A DNA stretch of 64,000 nt. Source: an uncultured delta proteobacterium (GTDB lineage Bacteria > Myxococcota_A > Polyangia > Polyangiales > JAFGIB01). The DNA is taken from positions 928,001-992,000 of the forward strand of contig CAVZVA010000010.1 of assembly GCA_963778655.1 (NCBI GenBank), read 5' to 3'. Below the pieces are notes generated by a model. The model saw only the letters and a program-made list of their open reading frames with translations. It had not been told where the DNA came from and ran no database searches. This document shows positions 39,761 to 50,182 of this stretch, one piece after another. The translations under genes were made by a program, and so were the position numbers. The first letter of the stretch is position 1, and every line of letters begins with the position of its first letter.

Positions 39761-41110
39761 TCACGGCAGCGGTGTGGGCGCGGCCAGGTACTTGGTCACG
39801 GCGTTCTTGAACTGGTCGCCGTCGGTCGTGATGTAGGTCTGATTGCCGGCCCCGACGCCGAACACCGAGCCGACCGCGCCCGCGGCGACGAACTCGTCGA
39901 TGTGGGTGAACAGGTAGTGCACGCGGTTGTCGCGGTAGTGGTCCGCGCTGCCGCCCGGGGTGTCGCTGGGCACGCCGAACGGCACCTGCCACCACAGCGC
40001 CGGTACGCCGGTGCCCGCGCTCACCGCCTTCATGAAGGCGAGGTGCTCGTGGAAGTTGGGGCTGGTGGTGTTCGACTCGTCCCAGTACCACGGCCCGTCG
40101 TTGCGCTGGCAGCTCGGATCGGTGTGCGCCTCGAAGCAGCCGGCGTCGCGGTCGAGCGGATCGATCGCGACGAAGTCGCTGTCCTTGGCGCCCACTGCGT
40201 TCAGAAAGTCCGCCACCGCCTGCGGCGAGCCGCCCCAGGCCGAAGCGTGGAAGCCGACCGCGGCCTTGGGCGCGATCTGGCGCGCCAGCTTCAGCAGGCA
40301 CTTGCCCATCCCGGTCAGGTCGTCCGGCAAGCCCGCGCACTCGCTGGCCAGCGCGCCGACGTGGACCGGGATCGAGGCCGCGTTGCCCGAGCTCTGCTGC
40401 TCGCAGAAGCCCCAGAAGTCGGGCTCGAGCTGCACCACCGCGGGCTTGTCGAACATGGCCAGGCGCTGGAACAGCAGCTTCGCGCCTTGCCAGAACGGCG
40501 TCATGTACGCGTCGTCGGTCAGCGCGCCGAGGTTGCCCTCGCCGTGCGCGGCCATCTGGTAGAGCGTGAACATCGGGGTCACGCCGTGCCGATCGGCGGC
40601 GTCGCACAGGATGTCGACGAAGGTGCCGCCCGCGTTCCAGTCCGGCCAGCCGCCCTCGCCCTGCAGCCCCACCAGGTACGCGTCGTGCAGGTCGAGCGTG
40701 ACGCCCAGCGTGTAGGCGCCGTCCTGATCGTGGTTGTTGTCGAGGTCGTTGCCCATGCCGATCAGGAAATGGGTGTGCCCGCGCAGCTTCATCGCGAGCC
40801 CCGCCGCCGTGCCGTTGCCGGCGGCGCTGCTGCCGCCGGTACCGCCTGCCGCGCTACCGCCGCCACCGGCAGCCGCGTTGCCACCCATGCCACCCATGCC
40901 ACCCATGCCACCCGTGCCACCCATGCCGCCCGTGCCGCCGGTCGCGCTGCGTCCCCCGTTGCCGGGCAGGGCGCTGCTGCCGCCCGCGCCGAGCGCTGCG
41001 CTGCCGCCCGTGCCGGCAGCGCCTCCGGTGCCGTCCGAGGAGCTGGCGCACGCTGCGAGCAGCAGCACGCTCGGAAGCCAGCTCGCCCGCGCCGTCGATC
41101 GTGCGATCAT
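39761..41110 (-). CDS. lipoprotein with Gly-rich linker and putative glycoside-hydrolase-like domain
   Basis: Lipobox LAAC; (GGM/GGT)n linker; acidic/aromatic motifs QLEPDFWG, DRDAG, WWQVP; function inferred only. Confidence 0.75.
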   Translation of the reverse strand: MIARSTARASWLPSVLLLAACASSSDGTGGAAGTGGSAALGAGGSSALPGNGGRSATGGTGGMGGTGGMGGMGGMGGNAAAGGGGSAAGGTGGSSAAGNGTAAGLAMKLRGHTHFLIGMGNDLDNNHDQDGAYTLGVTLDLHDAYLVGLQGEGGWPDWNAGGTFVDILCDAADRHGVTPMFTLYQMAAHGEGNLGALTDDAYMTPFWQGAKLLFQRLAMFDKPAVVQLEPDFWGFCEQQSSGNAASIPVHVGALASECAGLPDDLTGMGKCLLKLARQIAPKAAVGFHASAWGGSPQAVADFLNAVGAKDSDFVAIDPLDRDAGCFEAHTDPSCQRNDGPWYWDESNTTSPNFHEHLAFMKAVSAGTGVPALWWQVPFGVPSDTPGGSADHYRDNRVHYLFTHIDEFVAAGAVGSVFGVGAGNQTYITTDGDQFKNAVTKYLAAPTPLP

Positions 41111-41267
41111 CAGCAACCCCCTTTGGCCCCGACCCTCCGGAATCATCGCGGAGCCCCGGCGACCGCGCAACGAGGGCGATGTGCTTCGATGTGCGGCATC
41201 GGCGCGTTCGAGGCCGAGCGGCCCGATCACCGGCGCCCGCAGGCGCGAGCCCGAAACGCGCGTGTCG

Positions 41268-42062
41268 CTACGAGCGCGGCGCGACGAACGGGTGCGAGCT
41301 GCTGAGCCCGCCGTCGACGACCATCGCCTGGCCGTTGACGTAGCTGCCCTCGTCGCAGGCGAGAAACAGCGCCATCGCGGCGATCTCTTCGGGATGACCG
41401 TAGCGCTTCAGCGCGCACAGCTGCCCCAGCCGGCCTTCGCTGCCGCGCGCGCGCGCCATGTCGAAGATCGGTTTGGTCATGCCGGTCTCGATCAGGCCCG
41501 GGCAGATCGCGTTGACGCGCACGCCCGTACCGCGCAGCAGGTTCGCGCTGGTCTGCACCAGGCTGATCACACCCGCCTTGCTCGCGCTATAGGGCAAGCC
41601 GCCCGCGTTGGCCTTGAGCCCCGCGACCGAGGCGGTGCAGATGATCGAGCCCTTGCCCTGTTTACGCAGGTGCGGAGAGGCGTGCTTGATCGCCAGAAAC
41701 GGCCCGATCAGATTTACCCGCAGCAGGCCCATGAACATCTCGACCGTGGTGTCGTCCAGCGTGCTCAGGCCGCCGCTGATGCCGGCGTTGGCGTAGACCA
41801 CGTCGAGCCCGCCCAGCTCCGAGAGCGCGCGCTCGACCAGCCCCTTGACCTGCGCCTCGTCGCCGGCGTCCGCGCGCACGGCGATCGCCTTGCCTCCCGC
41901 GGCGGTGATCTCGGCAGCGGTCTGTTCCACGGCAGCGGTCACGTCTGAGGCCAGCACCTTGGCCCCCTCGGCGGCGAACAGCTTGGCGCTGGCGCGCCCA
42001 ATCCCGCTGCCTGCACCGGTCACGATCGCGGTCTTGCCCTGCAGTCTTGCTCCTGCGCCCAC
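41268..42062 (-). CDS. SDR family oxidoreductase
   Basis: [21 protein letters not shown]. Confidence 0.92.
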   Translation of the reverse strand: MGAGARLQGKTAIVTGAGSGIGRASAKLFAAEGAKVLASDVTAAVEQTAAEITAAGGKAIAVRADAGDEAQVKGLVERALSELGGLDVVYANAGISGGLSTLDDTTVEMFMGLLRVNLIGPFLAIKHASPHLRKQGKGSIICTASVAGLKANAGGLPYSASKAGVISLVQTSANLLRGTGVRVNAICPGLIETGMTKPIFDMARARGSEGRLGQLCALKRYGHPEEIAAMALFLACDEGSYVNGQAMVVDGGLSSSHPFVAPRS

Positions 42063-42218
42063 TTCGCACCTCGTCTGGTTGTCGTCGGTCCCGCTCGCCG
42101 GGCCCGCGCACTGGCGCGGATGTAGATCAAAATCCTGCGCATTGCGACCGGGCCGGCCCTTTGCAGCCTGTGCTGGAGCGCACAAATGCTGCCAGCCGGA
42201 GCCTGAGCCGCGCGCCGC

Positions 42219-43019
42219 TCAGCGCCCCACGAAGGTCGGCTTGCGCTTTTCGAGGTAGGCCCGGGCCGCTTCCAGGTGGTCGGCGGTGCCCCTGCACTCG
42301 GTGTGGCGCTCGGCCTCGCGGTCGAGCAGCTCGCCGAATGACAGGCGCAGGGCGTCGTTGAGGTTCTTCTTGATGTTGGCCAGCGCTCGCGGCGCCGCGC
42401 CCGCCAGATCCTCGGCCACGCTGCGCACGTGGGCCATCAGCTGCGCGTCGGGCAGCGCCCGCGACACCAATCCAATGCGCTCGGCCTCGGCGGCGTCGAA
42501 GCGGGGCGACAGCAGGTACAGCTCGCGCGCCTTGGCCGGTCCCACGATGCGCGGCAGGGTCCACGTGCCGCCGAAGTCCCCGCTCAGGCCGGCGTTGCGG
42601 AAAGCGACATTGAACTTGGCGCCCAGGCTCGCGAAGCGCAGGTCGCAGGCGCACGCCCAGGCCAGCCCGGCACCCGCGCAGGCGCCGTTGATGGCGGCGA
42701 TGGTGACCTTGCTCATCTCCATCAGGAGCTGACTGCTACGCATCAAGTTGCGTAAATCGCTCGCGTTTCCGGCCTGCGATCGGCGCCGCTCTGGCGTTTT
42801 CGCGGGCGCCTGGCTCATCGCGCCGAGGTCGCCGCCGGCGCAGAACGCGCGCCCTGCCCCGGTCAGCACCAGCACCCGCAGCGCAGGGTCGCTGGCCACG
42901 CGCTCGATCGCTTCGAGCGCGCGTGGCAACAGGTCGTCCCCCATCGTGTTGAGACGCTCGGGGCGGTTGAGGGTGATAGTCGCCACCGGACCATCACAGG
43001 CATAGAGCACCGTGTCCAT
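42219..43019 (-). CDS. enoyl-CoA hydratase/isomerase family protein
   Basis: LNRPERLN, AFCAGGDL, AAINGACAGAG, EKRKP.F. Confidence 0.93.
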   Translation of the reverse strand: MDTVLYACDGPVATITLNRPERLNTMGDDLLPRALEAIERVASDPALRVLVLTGAGRAFCAGGDLGAMSQAPAKTPERRRSQAGNASDLRNLMRSSQLLMEMSKVTIAAINGACAGAGLAWACACDLRFASLGAKFNVAFRNAGLSGDFGGTWTLPRIVGPAKARELYLLSPRFDAAEAERIGLVSRALPDAQLMAHVRSVAEDLAGAAPRALANIKKNLNDALRLSFGELLDREAERHTECRGTADHLEAARAYLEKRKPTFVGR

Positions 43020-43206
43020 TCTCCCTCGAGCTCCCTTCGGGTCCGAGCATAACCCGGCGCTTGCCGCTGGGGCGCAGCCCGGCGCGTTTTTGCGCTGACC
43101 TCAACGGAGGAGGCTGGAAGCCGGGCGGGTTTTGCGCCTATCTTCCCCCCTGCCCGAGGGGTCTTGTCACAGTGACTCGTGCGCGAGTCGTCAGGAGAAC
43201 GCAATC

Positions 43207-43746
43207 ATGATTCGTTCGTATGTGCTTTTCGCTGCTGGGATGTGTGCGCTCGCCTTGGTCTTCGGCGGCTGCAAGAAGAGCAGTGACAACAACACCGCCG
43301 CGACCGGCGGCACGGGCGTGGGAACCGGCGGCACCGGCGTCGCGACCGGCGGCACGGGCGTCGCGACCGGCGGTACCGGCGTCGCGACCGGCGGCACCAC
43401 GGGCGGCGCGGGCGCCGCTGCGCCCAACATGCCGGACCCGACTTGCAAGATGGGCGCCAACGGCACGAACCCGGCGTGCGACAACTGCGCCTGCACACCC
43501 GACGCCATGGGCGGATGCCTGGACGAGCTGGTCGCGTGCGAAGGCACGATGGATCCGATGGCGAACATGCTGTGCAAGGCGATCGCCGACTGTGCGTCCA
43601 CGAACAAGTGCAGCGGTACCGCGTGCACGACGCCCTGCATGACCCAGATCAACGCGGCCATCAATTACATGGGCGGCGCGCCCGTCAACGCCGTCACCCT
43701 GCTCGGCCAATGCACCGCAGCCAGTTGTGGCAGCGTCTGTCCTTGA
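43207..43746 (+). CDS. lipoprotein with ATGGTGV repeats and Cys-rich domain
   Basis: RBS AGGAG; signal ending FGGC; 21-bp tandem repeats at ~43300-43397; many Cys. Confidence 0.85.
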   Translation: MIRSYVLFAAGMCALALVFGGCKKSSDNNTAATGGTGVGTGGTGVATGGTGVATGGTGVATGGTTGGAGAAAPNMPDPTCKMGANGTNPACDNCACTPDAMGGCLDELVACEGTMDPMANMLCKAIADCASTNKCSGTACTTPCMTQINAAINYMGGAPVNAVTLLGQCTAASCGSVCP

Positions 43747-43853
43747 GCAGGGCACGCGCGAACGGCTAGATCGGGAGCTTGCGATCCGGGAACAATCGCA
43801 AGCTCTGCTTTCTCGCGAACGATGGGGGAGGCGCGTACCGCCCCCCGAGCTCG

Positions 43854-45662
43854 CTAGGACTTGCGGCTGGCTTCGATGTTGGCCAGCAGCAGCTCGCGCT
43901 GCAGCTCGAGCGCCTTGGGCATGGTCGGACCGATCTTGTCGAAGAACTCGGCCTGCGACTGCAGCTCGACCTTCCAGTCGTCCAGATCGATCTTGGTGGC
44001 CGCGCGGAAGCGCTCGGGCTCGATCGCAAGCCCCGACAGATCGAGGTCGCCCGGACGTGGCACCCAACCCACCAGCGTCTCCTGCGCGCCGGTGTAGCCG
44101 AGCGCGCGGTCGACGACCCATTTCAGCACGCGCATGTTCTCGCCGTAGCCCGGCCACAGGAACGAGCCGTCCTCGCCCTTGCGGAACCAGTTGACCATGA
44201 AGATCTTCGGCGGCATCGGGATGCGCGTGCGCATCGCCAGCCAGTGCCCGAAGTAGTCGCCCATGTTGTAGCCGCAGAACGGCAGCATGGCCATCGGGTC
44301 GCGACGCACCACGCCGACCGCGCCGGTGGCGGCCGCGGTGGTCTCCGAGCCCATGGTGGCGCCCAGATACACTCCGTGCGCCCAGTTGAACGACTGCATC
44401 ACCAGCGGCACGGTGGTGGCGCGGCGGCCGCCGAAGATGATCGCCGAGATCGGCACGCCCTCGGGATCGTTGGCCGACTTGGACAAGCAGGGGTTGTTGC
44501 TCATCGGCGCGGTGAAGCGGCTGTTGGGGTGGGCCGCCTTCTCGCCCGAGGCCGGGCTCCAGGGCCGGCCTTGCCAGTCGATCAGCCCTGCGGGCGGCGG
44601 GGTGTCGATGCCCTCCCACCACACGTCCTTATCCGGCGTCATCGCGACGTTGGTGAAGATGGTGTCGTGCGCCACGGTCTTCATCGCGGTCGCGTTGCTC
44701 TTGGGGCTGGTGCCCGGGGCCACGCCGAAGTAGCCGGCCTCGGGATTGACCGCCCACAGCCGCCCGTCGGGACCGGGGCGCATCCAGGCGATGTCGTCGC
44801 CCACGGTAAACACGCGCCAGCCCTCGAAGCGCTTGGGCGGGATCAGCATGGCGAAGTTGGTCTTGCCGCATGCGCTGGGGAAGGCCGCCGCCACGTAGGT
44901 CGTGCGCCCTTCGGGGCTCTCCACGCCGAGGATCAGCATGTGCTCGGCCAGCCAGCCTTCGCGGTGGCCGAGGTAGCTGCCGATGCGCAGCGCCAGGCAC
45001 TTCTTGCCGAGCAGCACGTTGCCGCCGTAGCCGCTGCCGAGCGACCAGATGGTGTTGTCCTGCGGGAAGTGGCAGATGTAGCGGCGCTCGGGATTGACGT
45101 CGAGCAGCGCGTGCAGGCCGCGGTTGAAGTCGTTGGAATCGCCCAGCATCTCGAGCGCGGCTTTGCCCATGCGCGTCATGATGCGCATGTTGAGCACCAC
45201 GTAGATGCTGTCGGTCAGCTCGATGCCGACCTTGGAGAACGGCGAGCCGAGCGGGCCCATCACGTACGGGATCACGTACATGGTGCGGCCGCGCATCGAG
45301 CCGTCGTAGAGCTTGCTGAGCTTGGCGTAGGCGTCGGCCGGGGCCATCCAGTTGTTGGTCGGGCCAGCCTCCTCGCGGGTCGGGGTGCAGATGAAGGTCA
45401 AATGCTCGACCCGCGCCACGTCGTTGGGGCTGCTGCGGTGCAGGTAGCAGCCCGGGCGCTTGTCGGGGTTGAGCGGGAGCAGGCTGCCGGTGGCCACGGC
45501 CTCTTCGGTCAGCCGTCGCCGTTCCGCCTCCGAGCCGTCACACCAGTACACGCTGTCGGGCTTGGTCAGGTGGGCCATCTCGTCGACCCAGGCGATCAGG
45601 GCGGCATTGGTCGTCGGCTTGGCGCCGGGGGGACGATTGGATTGGGCGGGGCTTGCGCTCAT
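43854..45662 (-). CDS. pckG: phosphoenolpyruvate carboxykinase (GTP)
   Basis: [47 protein letters not shown]. Confidence 0.97.
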   Translation of the reverse strand: MSASPAQSNRPPGAKPTTNAALIAWVDEMAHLTKPDSVYWCDGSEAERRRLTEEAVATGSLLPLNPDKRPGCYLHRSSPNDVARVEHLTFICTPTREEAGPTNNWMAPADAYAKLSKLYDGSMRGRTMYVIPYVMGPLGSPFSKVGIELTDSIYVVLNMRIMTRMGKAALEMLGDSNDFNRGLHALLDVNPERRYICHFPQDNTIWSLGSGYGGNVLLGKKCLALRIGSYLGHREGWLAEHMLILGVESPEGRTTYVAAAFPSACGKTNFAMLIPPKRFEGWRVFTVGDDIAWMRPGPDGRLWAVNPEAGYFGVAPGTSPKSNATAMKTVAHDTIFTNVAMTPDKDVWWEGIDTPPPAGLIDWQGRPWSPASGEKAAHPNSRFTAPMSNNPCLSKSANDPEGVPISAIIFGGRRATTVPLVMQSFNWAHGVYLGATMGSETTAAATGAVGVVRRDPMAMLPFCGYNMGDYFGHWLAMRTRIPMPPKIFMVNWFRKGEDGSFLWPGYGENMRVLKWVVDRALGYTGAQETLVGWVPRPGDLDLSGLAIEPERFRAATKIDLDDWKVELQSQAEFFDKIGPTMPKALELQRELLLANIEASRKS

Positions 45663-45998
45663 CGGGCGCCTCCTGGGTACTGAATTCTGGTGGTTCGGTC
45701 GCGGATGTCCAGACCCGGCGGCCGCGCGGGATGCCTACCACGACAGGCGCCCGAAGACACGGAGGAAGCGCAAGAGCTGCGCTCGAATCGAAGCGTTTCG
45801 AGCGGCCAAGGGGCCCGGGCCGGGGCCGCGTCGGCCCGCCGTGCGAGCCACCCCCCCGGCGGCGCCGGCGGAACCCCGATCTGGACACAATGAGTGTTGC
45901 CAAATTAGGACTTGGCCGCGTCCTGGCCGCGCTGGGCGCCGGCTGCAGTGGCAGCCCCCGGGCGTGTGCGGCCCGCGTGCTATGTAGCGTTCGCGATC

Positions 45999-47078
45999 AT
46001 GACGGGCTTGACGCCGAGCCGCTCGCGGCTGTTCGCGCGCACCGACGACGGCCTGCGGCTGTCGGTCACGCGCGTGGCGCTGCCCGAGCCGCGCGCTGGC
46101 GCGGTGGTGCTGCTGCACGGCTTGGGCGCCAATGGCCGCATGTTCCTGCTGCCGCAGGCCTCGCTCGCCGAGTACCTGGCGCGGCTCGGGTTCGATTGCT
46201 ACGTGCCGGAGCTGCGCGGCGCCGGGGATAGCGAGCGACCCGAGGCGCCCTGGACGCTGGACGACTATCTCGAGCACGACGTGCCCGCCGTGTTGGAGAG
46301 CGTGCTGCACAGCAGCGGGCAGCCCAGCGTGGGCTGGATCGGGATGAGCCTGGGCGGGGTGCTGATGCTGATGTACTGCATCGAGCGCCCGGATGCGCCG
46401 GTGTCTCGCTTGATCACGCTGGGCTCGGCGCTCGACTACCGGCCCGGGGACAACGTCTACCGGCGGCTGCTGCGGCTGCGGCCGCTGGCGGGCCTGGTGC
46501 GCGAGCTGCCGTTCGGCGCGATCGGGCGCGCGCTCGCGCCGCTCGCGGGCCGGGGCCCGCTGCTGCCCGTGGAGGCGATGAATTTCAACCGCAGCAACGT
46601 GGAGCGTACGGTGTGCCGCGAGCTGATGGCCCGGGGCTTCAGCCCGATCCCGGTGGCGCTGTTCGACGCCCTGGCTACGGCCTTCAGCCCGCAGGGCTTC
46701 TCGCGTGGCGGCGGCCGCATCGTGTACCTGGAGCGCGCGGCGGCGCTGCGGGTGCCCACGCTGCTGCTGGCCGGCAGCTGCGACCCCCAGTGCCCGCCCC
46801 AGGCGGCGGCCGCCACCCTGCACGCGCTCAGCGGCGTGCAGGACAAGCGCCTGCTGGTCTTCGGCAAGGCGTACGGTCAAGTCGACGACTACGGGCACCT
46901 CGATCTGGCGGTGGGCAAGCGCGCAGAGAGCGAGGTGTGGCCGCACATCGCCGCCTTCTTGCAAGCAGGCGCGGGCGGCAGTGGATCTCGCGCTGAGCAT
47001 GAGCGGCCTGTTCGCGAGGAAGAGCCGCGGAACGCGGCCCCGCGTGGGGAGGGGCCCCGGCGGCCATGGACGAGCTGA
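45999..47078 (+). CDS. alpha/beta fold hydrolase
   Basis: LLHGL, ELRG.G.S, GMSLGG nucleophile elbow, DYGH.DL. Confidence 0.88.
   Translation: MTGLTPSRSRLFARTDDGLRLSVTRVALPEPRAGAVVLLHGLGANGRMFLLPQASLAEYLARLGFDCYVPELRGAGDSERPEAPWTLDDYLEHDVPAVLESVLHSSGQPSVGWIGMSLGGVLMLMYCIERPDAPVSRLITLGSALDYRPGDNVYRRLLRLRPLAGLVRELPFGAIGRALAPLAGRGPLLPVEAMNFNRSNVERTVCRELMARGFSPIPVALFDALATAFSPQGFSRGGGRIVYLERAAALRVPTLLLAGSCDPQCPPQAAAATLHALSGVQDKRLLVFGKAYGQVDDYGHLDLAVGKRAESEVWPHIAAFLQAGAGGSGSRAEHERPVREEEPRNAAPRGEGPRRPWTS
46981..47053. repeat. dispersed palindromic repeat, copy 2
   Basis: Same two conserved blocks and 43-nt offset as 9695-9770. Confidence 0.75.
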
Positions 47079-48013
47079 GCCTGCGCGAGCAAGACGGCGC
47101 GGTTTGCTTCGAGGTGCGCGTCGCGCCGCGCGCCTCGCGCGACGGGCTCGGCGGCGTGCACGACGGCGCGCTCAAGCTGAGCTTGACCGCGGCGCCGGTC
47201 GACGGCGCGGCCAATGCCGCGTTGATCGCGCTGCTCGCCAAGGCGCTGGGCGTGCCCAAGCGCGCGGTGCGGATCGTGCGCGGCGAGCATGCGCGCAACA
47301 AGAGCGTGCGCGTGGAAGGCGTCTCGCTCGCGGCGGTGAGGGTCGCGCTGGGTGCCGCGGGCACCAAGCCGCCCGCGGCCGAACCGGCCGGGCGCGTGGC
47401 AGCGCCGGCGGCGGCCAAGCGCCGGTTGCCGCTGGGGCGCGCGGGCGAGTCGCGGCTGGAGCTGCCGACGATCATGGACCGCGCGCTCGCGACCCAGCAC
47501 GGCAGCGGCTACGTGCAGCTGTGCGCCTTCGCGATCGACGTGGACCGGAGCTACGTGGAGGCGGCGCAGGACGCCGGCCTGCCGTTCGGTTGGGAAGTGT
47601 TCCTGACCGAGTGCTACCTGCTTTCGCGCATCGATGCCGGTGATCCCGCGCAGCGCTTGTTGCTGGAGGACACCTGTCTGTCGATTCTGGAGCAGCCGGC
47701 CGACGAGCAGGGCTACGGCAGCCAGCTGCTGTTCGCGGTCTACGACGCGATCGAGCGCGGCGCGCTGCCGCCGCCGCTGCGGGCGATGTTCGCCGGCTGG
47801 CGCAGCAAGCCCAAGCAGCTGCGCAAGGCGCTCGGCGCGCTGTTCGCGCAGCCGCACGCGGCGCTGGCGCAGTGCGCAGGGTACTGCCTGCGGCAGGCGC
47901 TCGAGCCGCCGCTCGCTCCGCCTGCGCGCCAGGTTCTGCTGCAGATGCAAGCGGGCGAGTGGCCGGTGGCGTTTTCGGAGCTCAACAGGAAGACGGGAAG
48001 ACGGGAAGAGTGA
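47066..48013 (+). CDS. DUF167 (YggU-like) domain fused to an unknown C-terminal domain
   Basis: VRVAPRASR..LKL.LTAAPVDG.AN..L..LLAK.LGV.K..V.IVRG...RNK in the first ~95 aa; then ~200 further aa. Confidence 0.8.
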   Translation: MDELSLREQDGAVCFEVRVAPRASRDGLGGVHDGALKLSLTAAPVDGAANAALIALLAKALGVPKRAVRIVRGEHARNKSVRVEGVSLAAVRVALGAAGTKPPAAEPAGRVAAPAAAKRRLPLGRAGESRLELPTIMDRALATQHGSGYVQLCAFAIDVDRSYVEAAQDAGLPFGWEVFLTECYLLSRIDAGDPAQRLLLEDTCLSILEQPADEQGYGSQLLFAVYDAIERGALPPPLRAMFAGWRSKPKQLRKALGALFAQPHAALAQCAGYCLRQALEPPLAPPARQVLLQMQAGEWPVAFSELNRKTGRREE

Positions 48014-48068
48014 TCCTCAGGCTGTGCTGCCCGCCTTCCCGCAAATCCTCCGGCGCGACCGGCCAGCG

Positions 48069-48944
48069 CTACCGCTCGGCGACCGAGGTGCGGCGGGCCT
48101 TGCCGCGCAGCACGCTGTAGAGCGCGGCGCACACCGGCACCAGCAGCAGCGAGAACAGCTGCGCGCTGGAGAAGCCGAACGCGAAGCCGCGCTCCGGGTC
48201 GTCGCGCAGGTATTCGATGAAGAAGCGGAACAGGCCGTAGCCGATCGCGACCGCGAGGATCACCTGCCCGCGAAACTGGCGGCGGCGTCCGAGCTGCCAG
48301 GCCAGGGCGAGCAGCACCACGCCCGCCAGTGCCTCGTAGAGCTGGGTCGGGTGCACCGGCAGCGAGGTACTCGCGTCCCGCGACAGCCCGTAGCGGTCCA
48401 CGTGGTACAGGAACGCCGGCGAGCCGACCACGTGCAGCTTGTCGAAGTGCCAGTTGGGGAAGCTGCCCAGGTGCTTGAGCCAGCCGGGCGCGGAGTCGGG
48501 CAGCAGCGTGCCGAAGTCGCAGCCATACAGGTAGCAGCCCAGGCGCGTGAGCACGGTCCCGGCGGCGAGCGCGGGCGCCGCGGCGTCGCCGAAGGCTGCC
48601 AGCGAGGCGCGTTTGTACGCGAGGTAGAGCGTGGCGCCGATCAGGCCGCCCAAGAAGCCGCCGTAGGCGGTCACGCCGCCGGAGGTGATGTCGAACCAGT
48701 GCGCGCCGGTATCTCCGAGTAGCTCCCGGTTTTCCGCCACGTAGAGCAGGCGGGCCCCGACGATGCCGGCGACCGCGGCGATCAGCGCGGCGTTGCCCGC
48801 CACGTCCTCGCCCAGGCCATCGCGCCGCGCCACGCGCACCACGATCTGAAAGCCCGCGATCAAGGAGAGCCCGAGCAATACGCCGTAGGAGTAGATCGGC
48901 TGCGGCCCCCACGGCATCGGCAGCGTAAACAGAATCGGCAACAT
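48069..48944 (-). CDS. lgt: prolipoprotein diacylglyceryl transferase
   Basis: YSYG, GARL.YV, YGGF.GG, RLGCY..GC.FG, HPTQLYE, RF.IEYLR.D; ATG 48944. Confidence 0.92.
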   Translation of the reverse strand: MLPILFTLPMPWGPQPIYSYGVLLGLSLIAGFQIVVRVARRDGLGEDVAGNAALIAAVAGIVGARLLYVAENRELLGDTGAHWFDITSGGVTAYGGFLGGLIGATLYLAYKRASLAAFGDAAAPALAAGTVLTRLGCYLYGCDFGTLLPDSAPGWLKHLGSFPNWHFDKLHVVGSPAFLYHVDRYGLSRDASTSLPVHPTQLYEALAGVVLLALAWQLGRRRQFRGQVILAVAIGYGLFRFFIEYLRDDPERGFAFGFSSAQLFSLLLVPVCAALYSVLRGKARRTSVAER

Positions 48945-49135
48945 GGGTCCGAGCCCTAGCCTTGTGCCACACGCTCTGCGCCCACGCCAGCCCCACCCCG
49001 ACTCGTCCTCATCCTCACCCTCGTCGGCGGATCGAAGAGATACACAGGAAGACGGGAAAGCGGGAAGCCCGGACAAGGCGATCATCCTTCCCGCCTTCCT
49101 GTTCAATCCGAAAAGGAACGTCGCTGCGGCCAGCG

Positions 49136-50182
49136 CTAAGGCTTGGTGTGCGGCTTGGTTCCGCTCTTGGCGGTGTCGGACGCGGTCGTGTGGGCCTTCT
49201 TGGCCGCGGCCTTGGTGGGCGGCGGGGCCAGCGCCTTGCGCGCGCTCTCGAACACCTTGAGCACCTTGGGCGAGGTGCGAATGCCGTCGAGCTCGGTGTC
49301 GGGTTGCTGGGCCAGCACCACCAGAAACGCCTCCCGCGCCAGATCGTCGCTGCCCAGCGCCACCAGCGCGCTGGCGAGCTCGCGGTGTACCGTGACGATC
49401 TGGCTGCCGGTGAGATCGCCGGCGCCGATCAGGCGGTTCGCGAGCGCCACCGCCTCGGTGTAGAGGCCGTGCTTGACGGCGTTGCGCAGCTGCGGCAGCT
49501 GGGCCTCGATCTCCCGCTGGCGCTTGCGCACATCGCCGCCGAGCTGGGGGGTACCGAGCTGCGCCTCGGCCAGCTTCTTGCCCTGCTCGCTCAGCACCAA
49601 ATCGTTGAGCGGCACCAGCGCGATCTCCCCGCGCACCATGTGCGCGTGCAGCGCCGGGTTGAAGTTGCGGATCGTGTTCATCCCGGCCGGCGAGTCGTAG
49701 TAGGTCTTGGCGATCTTGCGCAGCGAGTCGTTTTGTCCGACCACGTAGCGCAGCGGGTAGGGGATGAGCAGCTCGGCACCCGGATCGGGATGCTCGCCTG
49801 ACCTGGCGCCATTGGCGTTCATCAGCGCAAACGCACGATGTGGATCACCATAGAAGCGCGTGGCCAGCTCGGACCAGGTCTCGCCCTCGACGGCGCGGTG
49901 ATATGACACCGTCGGGATCACCAGCCGCAGCCCCACCACGATCGCCGAGCCGCCTTCGGTGGTCAGCCCGTTTTCGGCCACCAGCACGCTCTCGCGCCGG
50001 GGGTCGCCGTAGTAGAGCTCGGCGATCGAGGCCAGCGTCTCGCCGGCGCGTACCGTGTGCACCAGCGCAGGCTCGGCGCGCGCGCCCGCGGGCAGCGCGC
50101 CCACGGCCAGCAGCAGCGCGCCGGCGCAGCAGCAGGCGCGCGCGCAGCACAGCACGGCCCTGCGCGCGGTCTTCAGGCTCAT
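49136..50182 (-). CDS. secreted multi-LysM domain protein
   Basis: HTVRAGETLASIAELYYGD plus two further LysM-like units; ATGA-coupled to the kinase. Confidence 0.88.
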   Translation of the reverse strand: MSLKTARRAVLCCARACCCAGALLLAVGALPAGARAEPALVHTVRAGETLASIAELYYGDPRRESVLVAENGLTTEGGSAIVVGLRLVIPTVSYHRAVEGETWSELATRFYGDPHRAFALMNANGARSGEHPDPGAELLIPYPLRYVVGQNDSLRKIAKTYYDSPAGMNTIRNFNPALHAHMVRGEIALVPLNDLVLSEQGKKLAEAQLGTPQLGGDVRKRQREIEAQLPQLRNAVKHGLYTEAVALANRLIGAGDLTGSQIVTVHRELASALVALGSDDLAREAFLVVLAQQPDTELDGIRTSPKVLKVFESARKALAPPPTKAAAKKAHTTASDTAKSGTKPHTKP

